63,967 nucleotides of DNA, filler included, from Octopus bimaculoides (GCF_001194135.2; 6 parts of 6 records of this genome joined end to end with filler, not necessarily neighbours in it); one strand, 5' to 3'. Positions 50,315 to 62,922 are shown, numbered from the whole stretch's first letter. Notes: generated by a model from the sequence alone, not told the origin. Translations and numbers: made by a program.

Positions 50315-50357
<43 letters not shown>

Positions 50358-50359
<2 letters not shown>

Positions 50360-50932
50360 GAGTGAGAAAGCAGTACATGCCATTAAAGTGACACTGGAGT
50401 ACAAATATACGAAACCCAGTCTACCCATCATGACTACCTGTCTGATAAGGGTACACCAGGCACATGCATCACAACCATATGTGCGCGACATGGTGATTTC
50501 ATATCAAGATAAACAGCGCATGACCTCGCAGGTGGAGCCCAGTTAGAATTTTCTGCAGGTCGGTTAGCCCATCCCGCTCAAAAGGTCCCTGAATAATGTT
50601 TGTTTAAGGATGTTGAGCAAAACACCCTTGTTTCGAAAGATGAATTATTCAAACCCCAAAGAATTCCTCTCAACACATGGCTATGATGCTCCTCCACTAC
50701 TTCTGCTCATGATCAGAGATGCACATATCGTCAGCCACCAAGGGACATGCTCAACTGGTTAAGGTCAAACAACTGACAAGCAAATCTGTGGTATTGAGCA
50801 GAATATTTGCTGTAGCCCATCTTTTTATACCAAGACAAAACGATGTACATGATAGCAGTTCCAATCAATTAAGATCAGAAGCCAAGAGAGCCACTGCCCG
50901 GTATTGCATCAGGGCATTATTTTTATTATTCA
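50358..50932 (-). mobile_element. ~575-bp non-coding element embedded in (AAT)n
   Basis: Complex sequence bounded by (ATT)n on both sides, with the long run on the left; no recognisable protein; orientation inferred from the tail. Confidence 0.5.
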
Positions 50933-51164
50933 GTAATCTTATAAAGAAGAAATAAGGGAAAGAATAAAAGTACTCGTCCTGCTTTGGTTTTTGTTGTCCC
51001 TTTCTCTCTGATATAGACGTGATAACTCAGAAGCCTACTACAGATCCCTAGCTCCAGCCTCAGCTGTGAACGGATGACCAGTTATAGCACTTACACAGCG
51101 TATCTATTCGTTTAGATCACCAGTGAACTAAACCCCTCATGTTCTTATATATATATATATATAT

Positions 51165-52579
51165 AACATAAAGGTGTCAGATCTTGTTTACATGTAGTTG
51201 TAGATGTTTAAGAAAGAAAAATATGCGAAAACGCACAGGAGGTTTATATTAAAAAAATTATGCTAGCATTAATATCATAATGACACAAAGAGTTGTATTA
51301 CAACATTATATAATAAACTGGGAGTGTCGGTTTCACGTCTTACGCTTACCAAACTTCCAAAGTCTCAGATTTAACTCATAGGAACGCCATTTTTGTTATT
51401 GACAATAATTTTTGCAGTCAAGGGATGTAAGTCTTCAATATATCTGATAATTACGAGTTACTTTCAAAGTATTGTCAGGGTCTTTGGACTGATATTTTTA
51501 ATGTATACAGATTTGTAAGATATATACACAAGTTTTAGGGGTTATTTACAAATATTTCAAGGGTGGAGAGAGGAATTGAATGTTGTTCTGTTCTAGTGGG
51601 GGTTGGTTGTTACTAAAATGAGTTAATGTTCAGTTCTGGTTTATATTTCTGGATGAATAAAGCTTCTTTATTAAGACGAGCTTGTGTTGAGATCCAGTCA
51701 GCAAATTTGTACAGAGGGAATAAAAAAATTGTGGTTGCAAATGTTTAGCGCATACAATATGTTCGCTGAGATATATCTGGCGATATTTTGGTGAAGCTAT
51801 TTGTATCCGGTGCGCCGTACAGCGGCGGCGTATAGAATTTCTTGTACTTCTGACATAATCTTTCTGGCAGCTCGAGCATTTCATCGCATAAATTAGATTT
51901 TCGGGCGCACAAGTAAAGTCTGATTTGATTATAAAGTGTTGCCCTTGTTTGAAATGATATTCTGACCCTTCCAAAAGGTTGGGGCATGTTCCACAATTTG
52001 AGCGATTACATTTTTTCACTCTTGCGTTGGTTGTAGTTGCAAGTAATTTTGCATTTTCTAGTATCTTCTTTAGTGACTTGGGCTGTTCGTTGCTTTTGAC
52101 TATTTTAAGGTAACGTAGAATTCTTTTCAGTTTAGGGTCCTTATGTAGTATTGGTAGGTTCTGCATGATTGTGTTGAATGCTTCTTTGTTTCTGTGGTTG
52201 TATGTTGATATGTAGGGTAATGTTTTAAGAGTAGGTTTATTGCTGTCTTCGGTTTTTCTTAGTGCCTCGATTTCACACGTTTTATCTCTTCGTTTATAAG
52301 ATGGATTGGGTAGCGCCTGTCCAGGAGTATGTTTTTGAGTTCTTGTAATCTTAAATCCCTGGTATTTTTCTCCGAAACGATGATGAAAATCCTTCTCGCG
52401 AGATTGAAGGGGATGTTTGTTTTCGTATGTCTCGGTGACAAGAGCTAAAAAGAAGGTATTGTTTAGCATCTGTCGTTTTATAAAAGATGTCTTTTTCTAT
52501 TTTGTTGTTTTTGTTTTTTTTTACAATAAAATACAACCAGGAGGAACTACCATTCCAGGACATACTGATTAAAAAAACA
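51165..52579 (-). mobile_element. Penelope-like element, 5'-truncated: RT thumb plus GIY-YIG endonuclease, frameshifted
   Basis: DIFYKTTDAKQYLLFSSCH; HTKTNIPFNLARRIFIIVSE; LPYISTYNHRN; KCNRSNCGTC...FTCAPENLIYAMKCSSCQKDYVRST...RRRCTAH (degenerate GIY-YIG with Cys/His motif); ends at (TA)n. Confidence 0.9.
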
Positions 52580-52640
52580 TGCATGTCTGCAAATACTACA
52601 GGCAAAACTTTCCCCATTTATCCCATTGTAAGTGCATTTT

Positions 52641-52836
52641 CGGTAGCACGCCGGGCAAAATGCTTAGCGGCATTTCTTCTGTCTTTACATTCCGAGTTCA
52701 AATTCCGTCAAGGTCGATTTTGTCTTTCATCCTTTCGAAGTCGATAAATAAGTACCAGTTGAACACTGGGGTCGATGTAATCAAGTAGACACCTCCCCAA
52801 AAATTTCAGGCTTTGTGCCTATAGTAGAAAGGATTA
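52641..52836 (+). mobile_element. SINE family B
   Basis: GGTAGCACGCCGGGCAAAATGCTTAGCGG...GAGTTCAAATTCCG...GTGCCTATAGTAGAAAGGATTATT. Confidence 0.85.
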
Positions 52837-53061
52837 TTTATTCACCATTATACATGTTTCATTTGCTAATAGGAATTATAGAACTGTACATGTTGTAGGA
52901 AACATGTAAGGTGTCTTCTATTAGAAATTCTTCAGACAGAGAATCGAATATTCTCTGTCTGAAGAATTTCTAATGGGAGAAAACTTACATGTTTTCTACT
53001 ATTAGTACAAGTCTGTAATTCCTATTAGCAGATAAAACATATGTAATGGTGAATAAATAAT
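52833..53061. repeat. 229-bp foldback (long inverted repeat, 5-nt loop)
   Basis: ATTATTTATTCACC...GAAATTCTTCAGACAGAGAAT-CGAAT-ATTCTCTGTCTGAAGAATTTC...GGTGAATAAATAAT. Confidence 0.9.
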
Positions 53062-53490
53062 ACCAAAGATTTTTCCAATCTTTTTTTATGTGTGTGTGTG
53101 TTTGTGTGTATGCATACCTACATACATGCATATATACATACGATTACATAGATTTAAAATAAATGAAGGCAACGAATTATGAAGTTATAAAAAGGAAGCA
53201 TTGGTTGAAAGACGTTTTGTTAGGGAGATTATAATGTGAGCTTCCTTGACTAAACTGTGTTGGCATAAGAACCACATAGTGGCTAGGGTCTGTTGAAATA
53301 TGGGTTTCTGACTAATTAACTTACAGATCGCTAGTTTCACCAGAGAACTTCAACTAAAAGCAGGAAATACCACTTGGTGAATACATGAAAATAAAAAAGG
53401 AAGTATCTGATACAGTATGCATAAATAAATAAATTCATACACAGTTACGTACATGCTTACGCACATGCATGCATATATATATATATATAA

Positions 53491-53603
<113 letters not shown>

Positions 53604-54061
53604 CACACACACATACATACATACATACATACATGTACTTATGAATATAAACATTTGTATATATGTCTATATACGCATATATATATGTGCATATAAACAT
53701 ATGTATATATAAATATAAATATATGTACATATTAGATATATAGACAGACAGACAGATAGACAGACAGGTAGATAGATAGATAGATATGTTTTTATTATAG
53801 CCACACAGGGCTGAACACAGAAATTGGACGAAATACAAGCGTAGAGTTTTTCATTTTCGAGGTGGGCTGGGTGGGACACACAAAGAAAAGTCAAATCAAT
53901 AGGGATTGTAATCGTTGGGGTGTGTGGTGTACAAAAATTATAAATCTTCCAAAAACGGGAATAAATATTGTNNNNNNNNNNNNNNNNNNNNNNNNNNNNN
54001 NNNNNNNNNNNNNNNTTAATTAATTAANNNNNNNNNNNNNNNNNNNNNNNNNNNNNNNNNN

Positions 54062-54282
54062 NNNNNNNNNNTGTGTGTCTGTGTTTGTTCCCCCAACATC
54101 GCTTGACAACCGATGCTGGTGTGTTTACATCCCCATAACTTAGCAGTTCAGCAAAATTGACCGATAGAATAAGTACTAGGCTTACAAAGAATAAGTCCTG
54201 GAGTCGATTTGCTGGACTAAAGGCGGTGCTTCAGCATGGCCACAGTCAAATGACTGAAACAAGTAAAAGAGTAAAGAGTATC
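54062..54282 (+). mobile_element. SINE family A 3' half
   Basis: CCCAACATCGCTTGACAACCGATGCTGG...CAAATGACTGAAACAAGTAAAAGAGTAAAGAG. Confidence 0.88.
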
Positions 54283-54984
54283 TCACTCACTCTTTCTTGA
54301 ATCAAGAGCTAAATTATTGGTATTATTATTATTCAAATACGACTCAGTCAATGAATCTCAGATTCCTCCATTTCTTTCAATATGTAGTTGCCAAGATCAC
54401 ATGTAATTTCATTTCATTTCAATTTCAGCCAGACTCCCATTACCATTGCAAAATACTTCTGTGATAAATTTAACAATTAAAATGTATATTAATTTAGTAT
54501 TAATATTTTAATGATAATAATAATAATTATTATTAAATACTACGGCTTTTCTTCTTAGCCCATCTAGCTATGCAGTGTGTAAAACTTAGTTTGCACAAGG
54601 CCTGTACTCAATGTCCATTTTCCATACTCATTATGTACATTAACATTTTCAACTGGCAACTCATACGCTTCCTGTGCTATGTATGTGAATACATATTTTG
54701 ATTATACCCTTATGCCCTCATACTAGTGCCCTGATGAGTGTTGTATACAGTTAAAGGTACCTCATATATAAATATTTAGATATATAGTACTCAAACTGCT
54801 TTATGTAACCATCCTATTCTCATACCCAGTTGTTGGCTCTTGCGTTAGATGTTGGATGAGGGGGTAGAAGCTGTGATTCATTGTAATTCACTAAATAAAC
54901 TATGTATCAAAGCTCTATGCTAGGTGGTAAGCATTTTCACAGATCTTCTTTGTTTCAGGTGATGACAAAATTTTTACAACTACC

Positions 54985-57670
54985 TTACTGCCATCACTTC
55001 CAAGTACTCAATCTCAGGGCTGCTAGCATCAGTTTTGGTACAATTAAAGGAAGGAATGGCAAGATTATTGAAATTTTGGAGCGACGCCATATTGATGTGT
55101 GTGGTGTGCAAGAATTAAGGTGGAGGTGAGCCTCAGCTAGATTCCTCACTGGTAAGAGATTCAAATTCTTCTGAGTCCAGAGGAAGGATGGAGTGGGTGG
55201 AGTAGGCATACTTTTAGCAGAAAAATGAGTAGATAAGGTAATTGGGGTAGTCAGAATATACGATAGGGTAATTAAGATAAGACTTATCAGAGGTGAATTA
55301 ACAGTTACATTTATCTCGGTCTATGCTCCTCAGCCTGGGCTGAGTGATGAGTAGAAGGACCAATTCTATGAGGTCCTTTTGCAGACCACTTCAATAACAA
55401 ATGACAGAGACTTTTTATTGTGGCTGGTGACTTCAATGGACATGCTGGACGACACACCCATGGATTCCAGGGAGTGCATGGAGGTTATGGTTTTGGATCT
55501 AGAAACGAGGAGGGAACAAGACTTCTGGAGTTCTGTGATACATATGATCTCATGATCTGCAACACTAACTTCCATAAATCAGCCAGTAGTCTTTCCCAGG
55601 TGAAGAGTGTACAACCCTACATAGGTTATTAGTTAGTTAGTTCAGAATTAGAGCTAGAAAGACTCAGACAAATAAACCAATCTAGAAAATAAGACTGTGG
55701 AAGTTCAAAGACCTAGCAAACAGACAAAAATTTAGAGATTTACTAATGGATGCTTCAGAAAAAAGAGAGGAAGAGTTGGGGTCATGAGGACATATAGCTT
55801 AGAGGACAATTGAAAGTTCCTGTGAGACAATCTACTAAGGGCTATGGATGAAATCTGTGGTTGGTGCAGAGTACCAGCTAGACCAAGGGTGACATGGTGG
55901 TGAAGCAAGGAAAGGCTGGAAAAATAGTGGAAGCAGAGAATTATATTAGGTAGCCAAAAGAGCAGCTAGGTATCAGGTATACATTGCAAAAGGAGTAGCT
56001 GAAGGTAAGAGTTTTGCAAATGTTCTACTGCATGAGAATCAGAGGCGTGAGGTGTTCAGGATTGCAAAGTAGTGTATCAGAGAAAATAGAGATGTGTTAG
56101 GTGAGAAATGTATGTGAATGGATAATGATATGCTTGCAATTTGTGACTCAGAGAAGAAAGATGCATGGAAGAGTCACTATAAAAGGTTACTAAATGTGGA
56201 AAATGAATGGGAGAAGGAGAGTCTACCAAATATCGAACCAATTCAGGGACCAGCCAACAGAGTTGATAGCAGTCTAATAGATAAGGCAATTAAGGACATG
56301 AAGACAGCATAATAGATAAGGCAATTAAGGACATGGTGATGTAGGATACAGCTTAGTCACCCGTATAGTTAGTTGGGTTATTCAGGAAGGCACCATCCCC
56401 AAAGACTGGTGTAGTAGTATTATGGTTAGCTGCTACAAGAGGTAAAGGTGATAGAAACAAGTACAGAGGTATTAAACTGCTAGACCAAGTCATGAAAGTT
56501 ACTGAGAGGGTTATAACTCAATTGATTAGAAATAGAATTAAACTAGGCGAGATGGTTGCATGAAAAGTACTTGGCCAAAAATAAACTATTGTACTTAGCC
56601 TTTGTCGACCTGGAGAAAACTTTCAGCAGAGTTCCCCACTCGGTTATATGGCAGTCTCTAAGGAAGTTAGGAGTAGAGAAGTGGCTTGTTAGAGCTGTAG
56701 AAGCCACGTATAGTGGTGCTGTCAGTAAGGTGAGAGTCGGCCATGAATACAGTGATGAATTTAGCATAGATGTAGGGTTCACCAGGGCTCAGTTCTCAGC
56801 CCACACGGGAATTCAAAGCTGGGTGCCTGTGGGAACTACTATATGCTGATGGCCTTGCTCTTATTGCAGAATCTTCAGCAGGATTAGAGAAAAAAATCCA
56901 GGTATGGAAACAAAACTTGGAATCAAAGGACTTTATTGGTCCGAAGTTGTTGTTAGTAAGAAAGAAGATAAAACTCTCTTTCCATCAGGTAAATGGCCTT
57001 GCTCAATATGTAGGAAAGGAGTTGGAAGAAATTCCATTCACTGCACCCAGTATAAACTATGGACACATAAGAGGTGCAGTGGAATCACAGGTAGATTAAC
57101 AGATAAAGTCGTTTTGTATGTGGCAGATGTGCAGGAACAATAAGCACTAAGAGCACATGGGACACACATTCTCTCAAATGCCCAGGAGGCTCTCTTGAGG
57201 TTATATATAGTTTCTGTTACCTAGGTAACCAAGATAGCTATGGTGGAGGATGTTCTGAAAGTATTGTTTCTAGATTAAGAATTGGGTGAAGGAAATGCAG
57301 AGAGCTATTACCTCTGTTGGCAACAAAAGGACTCTCTCAGAGTGAAAACTAAACTATTTGGTGCTTGTGTGTGAACAGCTATACTCCGTAGTAGTGAGAC
57401 ATGGGCTCTGAAAGCAGAAGACATGCATAGACTGGAAAGAAATGAAGATAGCATGCTCTGTTGGATGTGCAACATCAATGCACATGTACAGCAAAGTGTA
57501 AATATGTTGAGAGAAAAGTTGGGCATAAGAGGAATCAAATGTAGCATGCAAGAGAGAAGACTATGTTGGTTTGGAGAAGTGATGTGTATGAATGAGGACA
57601 GTGGTATAAAGAAGTGCTGATCACTGAAAGTGGATGGTAACCATGGGAGAGGAAAAATAACAAATCCCAT
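54985..57670 (+). mobile_element. RTE-clade LINE, decayed (APE endonuclease plus RT)
   Basis: GTIKGRNGKIIEILERRHIDVCGVQELRWR; AGDFNGHAG...GGYGFGSRNEEGTRLLEFC; LYLAFVDLEKTFSRVPHSVIWQSLRKLG; CGITGRL; MHRLERNEDSMLCWMC; many stops, frameshifts and deletions. Confidence 0.92.
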
Positions 57671-57673
57671 GCC

Positions 57674-57711
<38 letters not shown>

Positions 57712-57715
<4 letters not shown>

Positions 57716-58085
57716 GATATTAGGGATAAAAATCCAAATTTACAGGTACAAACTCAATTAAATTCAATTTATCAAAAACTAAAATTAAATTAAGTTTCAC
57801 AGTATATAATATATAAATATATAATTTAGAGAAAAGAACCAAAGTTCATGAACTCATTCATGAAAATCCACAGTCACATATAGAAAAATTTAATAAGTAA
57901 ATACACTAAAAATAACTATAATAAAAGAACTATAATAAAAGTAATAATCATAAAATAGTAAAACGACTACACGTGTTTCATAACCGAATATTCAAATAGA
58001 AAATAAAATATAATCAAATCGATTAAATCGATCGAAAATAAATTCTATTGAAAAATATAGCTAATCTTCAGGTCAAAATACAACA
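57712..58085 (-). mobile_element. PLE pLTR-like AT-rich element flanked by (TA)n
   Basis: Second copy at 34470-34712; contains a hammerhead core; strand inferred from the hammerhead. Confidence 0.6.
57965..58074 (-). ncRNA. Hammerhead-like motif with expanded stem II
   Basis: GAC-CTGAAGA-[85 nt, TAGCT/GGTTA closing]-GAAAC-ACGT-GTA-GTC. Confidence 0.5.
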
Positions 58086-58149
58086 AAAATAATAAAATGA
58101 ATGTATATATATATATATATATATCAACCAACAATAAATAACAAATGAA

Positions 58150-58930
58150 TTTTTTTTAAATACTTAACTATATCAAGATAGAAAAATGTTAAACAATATT
58201 ATTAAAAATAAATGTAATACTTATCTAATCGAAAGTTATAAACTTGACATTATTAACTTTACGTTTATTAAAATATAAACTAACAGAAATATTAAATGCA
58301 AAGCTTATCTTAACGAATCTTTCGTTTAAAATACAATTTAAACGAAGTTTTAGGTTAAATTAAATTTACAAACGTTATATTATTAACTTTATGTTTATTA
58401 TGATATAAACTAACAAAAATTAATATATATAAATTGATTTATATAAAAATAATTATATCATCAATAAATAAAAGAAAAACATTTATTGAAAAGAAATGCA
58501 AAACTTATCTAATCGAATCTTTAGTTAAAATAAAATTTTAAATGTTATAGTATTAACTTAACCTTAATTAGAATATTAACTAATAATAAATGAAATTATA
58601 TAAAAAATACTTATTTTACGGATAAAACAAAAAGAAATATTAAACAATATTATTGAAAATAAATGCAACACTAATCTAATCGAAGTTTTGGTTTAAACTA
58701 AAATGTTAAACTTTATACTATTAATTTAGTGTTAAATAGGATATCAGCTAACATTAAATATCAAGTGAATTTATATAAAAATACTTATTTTACCAATAAA
58801 TGAGAGAAAATCATTTAACACTATTATTGAAAATAAGAGCAATACTTATCTCAATGAAGCTATAGTTTAAACTAAAATTTTAAACGTCATACTATTAACT
58901 AAGCGTTTATTAGAAAGAAATCGCATGATG
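58150..58930. repeat. Degenerate ~170-bp AT-rich tandem repeat
   Basis: Recurrent AAATGCAA.ACTTATCTAATCG motif at 58210, 58294, 58494, 58661 and 58835. Confidence 0.65.
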
Positions 58931-59659
58931 ATATGGCGTTAAGAAAAAGAATAGAATAAATAAATATATAAACATGAATGAAAGTTTTATTTATAAAATC
59001 ATGAATGAAAGTTTTATTTATAAAATCATGAATGAAAATTAAAATGTATATAACTTAAATCATAATAAAACAATTAACTATATTTCAAACATTTTATGGA
59101 AATTTAAAATCTAAGTAATTATAGAGTCTAAAGAATAAGACTAAGATACATAAATTATATAATATATCAAATAAGCCAAAATACTATAGTTAAATTAATT
59201 AAAATAGTTATATTATTAATTTTATAAAAATCATAGTGTCATTAAAATATTAATTCATAAAAATCACTAAAAATATTTACGTACTAATAAATACACAATT
59301 AATAAGTCTAAATTATAACTACTAAAGTAGGAATAGTATATAGACACACATACACACATACATACATACATATACATACAGACATATAAATATACACACA
59401 CACACACATATATATACACATACATACACACAGTTAGCTAANNNNNNNNNNNNNNNNNNNNNNNNNNNNNNNNNNNNNNNNNNNNTTAATTAATTAANNN
59501 NNNNNNNNNNNNNNNNNNNNNNNNNNNNNNNNNNNNNNNNNCCTTCATTGGAATTTCAACATCAACAACAGGATATTTTTGTATGTAAGTATGCACGTAT
59601 GTATGTATGTATGTATGTATGTATGTATGTATGCATGTATGTATGTATGTATGTATGTG

Positions 59660-60095
59660 TAAATTTTTGTTTGTGTGTGTATTCTCATGCATATAGCTGC
59701 ATATCTAGACATGCTTATACAGTATATATTTAAATGATAAACTTCTGGAAAGTTTTACATGTATTTACAGTTCCAGTGATGGATTGGATCTGTATTCTTC
59801 GAATTAGCTTTCTCCTTTCTGGTTTTGAGAAGCCTAGTTTCTCAAGATTGGTATTTAGGCAGTGTGTTACATATCCCAGGGCCCCCAAAATTACAGGTAT
59901 AAGCCTGAACTTATAATCTGGATAGAGTAACTGCAGATTACACAATAGATCAGCGTAGGTATTGTCTTTTTCACTGATCTTCAGCTTTATGTTAACATCC
60001 GCTGGAAAGCTTATTTCCACAACTATGCACAGTTTCTCTTCTCTATCCCAAATCATTATATCGGGTATGTTGTGCTTATATTTTATTGAGGTCTT
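59660..60095 (-). mobile_element. RLE-type non-LTR retrotransposon 3' end (R4/Dong-related), (TACA)n tail
   Basis: Open 122-aa HNIPDIMIWDREEKLCIVVEISFPADVN...LIPVILGALG...SITGTVNTCKTFQKFII* with a PD..E catalytic motif; 3' UTR runs into (CATA)n at ~59585-59660. Confidence 0.85.
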
Positions 60096-60139
60096 CACTG
60101 GTACAATCCACCACTACTTCTTTTTATTATGAGTGGCTA

Positions 60140-60240
60140 TGTCTTCTACCATGTTGTGGGTGTCGATTCATTCGACTAAAATTCGTGAAGGTGGTGCCCC
60201 AGCATGGCCGCAGTCTAATGACTGGAACAAGTAGAAAACG
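60140..60240 (+). mobile_element. SINE family A 3' end
   Basis: GTCGATTCATTCGACTAAA...GCCCCAGCATGGCCGCAGTC. Confidence 0.75.
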
Positions 60241-60509
60241 AAAGATCTGTGTATGTGCGTGTGTGCCCGTGTTTGGGGGTTGAGGGTGTATATATACAAA
60301 CACAGAAATACATACATACATACATTCATACATAAATATATACACTGGCAGAAACAATGCGCCCGTATTTTCATTTTTAATGTGTGCTTCTGTGTACATG
60401 TGTATGTGTGTGTGTGAGAGAGAGAGAGAGAGTGTGTGTTTGAGAGGATCATATTGTTGTACATATAAAGAGAGAGGAGTAGAGCGAAAAGAGAGAGAAT
60501 GATAGACAT

Positions 60510-60569
<60 letters not shown>

Positions 60570-60578
60570 CGATCGATC

Positions 60579-60643
<65 letters not shown>

Positions 60644-60645
60644 GC
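60510..60645. repeat. (GA)n/(GATA)n microsatellite
   Basis: Direct observation. Confidence 0.9.
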
Positions 60646-61277
60646 AAACAGACAGTTGAGATTTTACTATTCTTTGTTATTTAAATAGAATTATGTAAAC
60701 GAAAAAAAAATTAACAATTCGTTACAAAAAAAATAATGACACGAACTTAAAATTGGACATTTCAACATCTTATTCTGTAATTCTTTGCCAGAAGAGACCG
60801 CCTGCCAAAGAATGTGACTTCAAAGCCGAGGAAGAGAATCACGTGATAGTCTGCGATAACAACGGTCCGGCAGAAAAAATAGATTAGTCTTTGATTTCTT
60901 GCTGGTAAGGAGAAAAAAATGGGCTAAAAAAGACCAACTAGTAATCTATTATGTTCATCTTCAGAATAAAAAAAAAAATCATTTGTAGTGGTAAGTATTG
61001 GATACGGAGAATATGAACGAGAGGGAAAAATTTCACACATGCGCACACACACGCACACACACACCTATATTTATTGTAGATTTATTCATACATATGAGTC
61101 TGACGGAATGTGGATGTATGTGTAGAAACAGACACACACATACACACATGCACTTCCACACAAACACACATATATATGAGAATAGAAAAATATGTGTGTA
61201 TACTTCTTTTTGTGATTAAATGTGACATTAAATCACTGTACGATTTCCTTACCTATAATATACATACATATATAAAC

Positions 61278-61312
<35 letters not shown>

Positions 61313-61604
61313 NNNNNNNNNNNNNNNNNNNNNNNNNNNNNNNNNNNNNNNNNNNNNNNNNNNNNNNNNNNNNNNNNNNNNNNNNNNNNNNNNNNNNNNN
61401 NNNNNNNNNNNNNNNNNNNNNNNNNNNNNNNNNNNNNNNNNNNNNNNNNNNNNNNNNNNNNNNNNNNNNNNNNNNNNNNNNNNNNNNNNNNNNNNNNNNN
61501 NNNNNNNNNNNNNNNNNNNNNNNNNNNNNNNNNNNNNNNNNNNNNNNNNNNNNNNNNNNNNNNNNNNNNNNNNNNNNNNNNNNNNNNNNNNATATATATA
61601 TATA

Positions 61605-61711
61605 TACGACGGGCTTCTTCCAGTTTCCTCTACCAAATCCACTCAAGGCTTTCATCGGCCCGAGGCGATAGCTGAAGACACTTGCCCAAGATGTCACGCA
61701 GTGGGACTGCG

Positions 61712-61712
<1 letters not shown>
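61605..61712 (-). mobile_element. SINE family A fragment
   Basis: ACGACGGGCTTCTTC...CTTGCCCAAGATGTCACGCAGTGGGACTG. Confidence 0.8.
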
Positions 61713-61752
<40 letters not shown>

Positions 61753-62329
61753 GTATATGTGTGTGTATGTATATATATACAGAGAAGAAGAGAACAGAAA
61801 CCGCGATAAAGTGCTAGATAGCAATAAGCATATATATACTACTTACATATAAATATATGCACATACACACACACACTTATATGCTTGGTGGAGGAAACTG
61901 CAGAATTAGGACTCAATGTAGGAGTCTTTATAGATTTTTGATATTCTGAATTCTCAGAATATTATAAAAATTAGTGAAAGTTCGATAGTTTTTGGCCTCT
62001 CATGCACCCCGAAACTCTTTTACGGTATTCTCGCTTTTAAACATTTTCATATTTATGCTACACTGTATTATATTATACTGAATCCATTACCTGAGTGTTA
62101 CCAACTTAATTCTATCACCAGAAGAATCAAATTGGAATTTGACCTTGGTCGTAGTCATTTCCTTGGTGTCTCCACCACTTCCGTCAATCTGGGCATGTGA
62201 CGTAATTAATGACGTAATTAGTCAAATCAGTCTCTTTGAGAAATATTCACTAATTGTTATAAGAGTAGCTACCTGAACCTAATATAATATCTTCCACCAA
62301 ATACACGCAGCCTAAAATTTGAGTTGGGG

Positions 62330-62435
62330 TCGTAATCAGGCGATTACATCGACCCCAATGAATGAAAGGTTAAATTTGAACTCAGGATGAAAACCCGGTC
62401 GAAATGCCGCTAAGCGTTTTCCCCGGCGTGCTAAC
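62330..62435 (-). mobile_element. SINE family B fragment
   Basis: GATTACATCGACCCCA...GAAATGCCGCTAAGCGTTTTCCCCGGCGTGCTAAC. Confidence 0.7.
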
Positions 62436-62922
62436 CTAATATAATATGTCGACCACGTCCTCCGTGTGTTGCAGTAATAAAATAGTTGAATAAATTTGAA
62501 ATATTAGGTATAATATTTAGAGGAGACAACTCCTATTCGGTTCCCGAGAGGCTGATAGATGAACACATTTTTCTCATCGGAGTTTGTGAGTAATACGGAA
62601 ATATGGTGTCCAGGATCAAATATGAGTTGTCCTTTAGCAATGCATATTGGTAATCACTACGAGCTCAAGACGAAGCTTGAGGATTGTGCAAATCGATTAG
62701 AGTAAGAGAGAAGAATGCTTGTAATTATACGGCCACATTGACGAAGCTCAATAAGTGTATGAATATTAAAGTATATAGTCGGTATAATGAAGCTTTTAAG
62801 CTAAAATTAAAGTGAAATGATTTGTACAAGTTCCATTGGGTTTGGGTGAAGACTGGAGAGAATCCTTGGCCTGTAGATTTTAGTAATGATATAATCAAAA
62901 TCAGGCACAAAATCAGTGACAT

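Noticed and set aside
52966-53000. CTGAAGA...GAAAAC inside the foldback as a hammerhead
   Set aside because: Stem II is weak, no valid stem I or III, and the mirrored arm lacks GAAA.
54725-54765. CTGATGA...AGGTACCT as a hammerhead
   Set aside because: GAAA half-core and stem I are missing.
60792-60904. Plus-strand segment with good acceptor and donor
   Set aside because: All frames stop and there is no supporting context.
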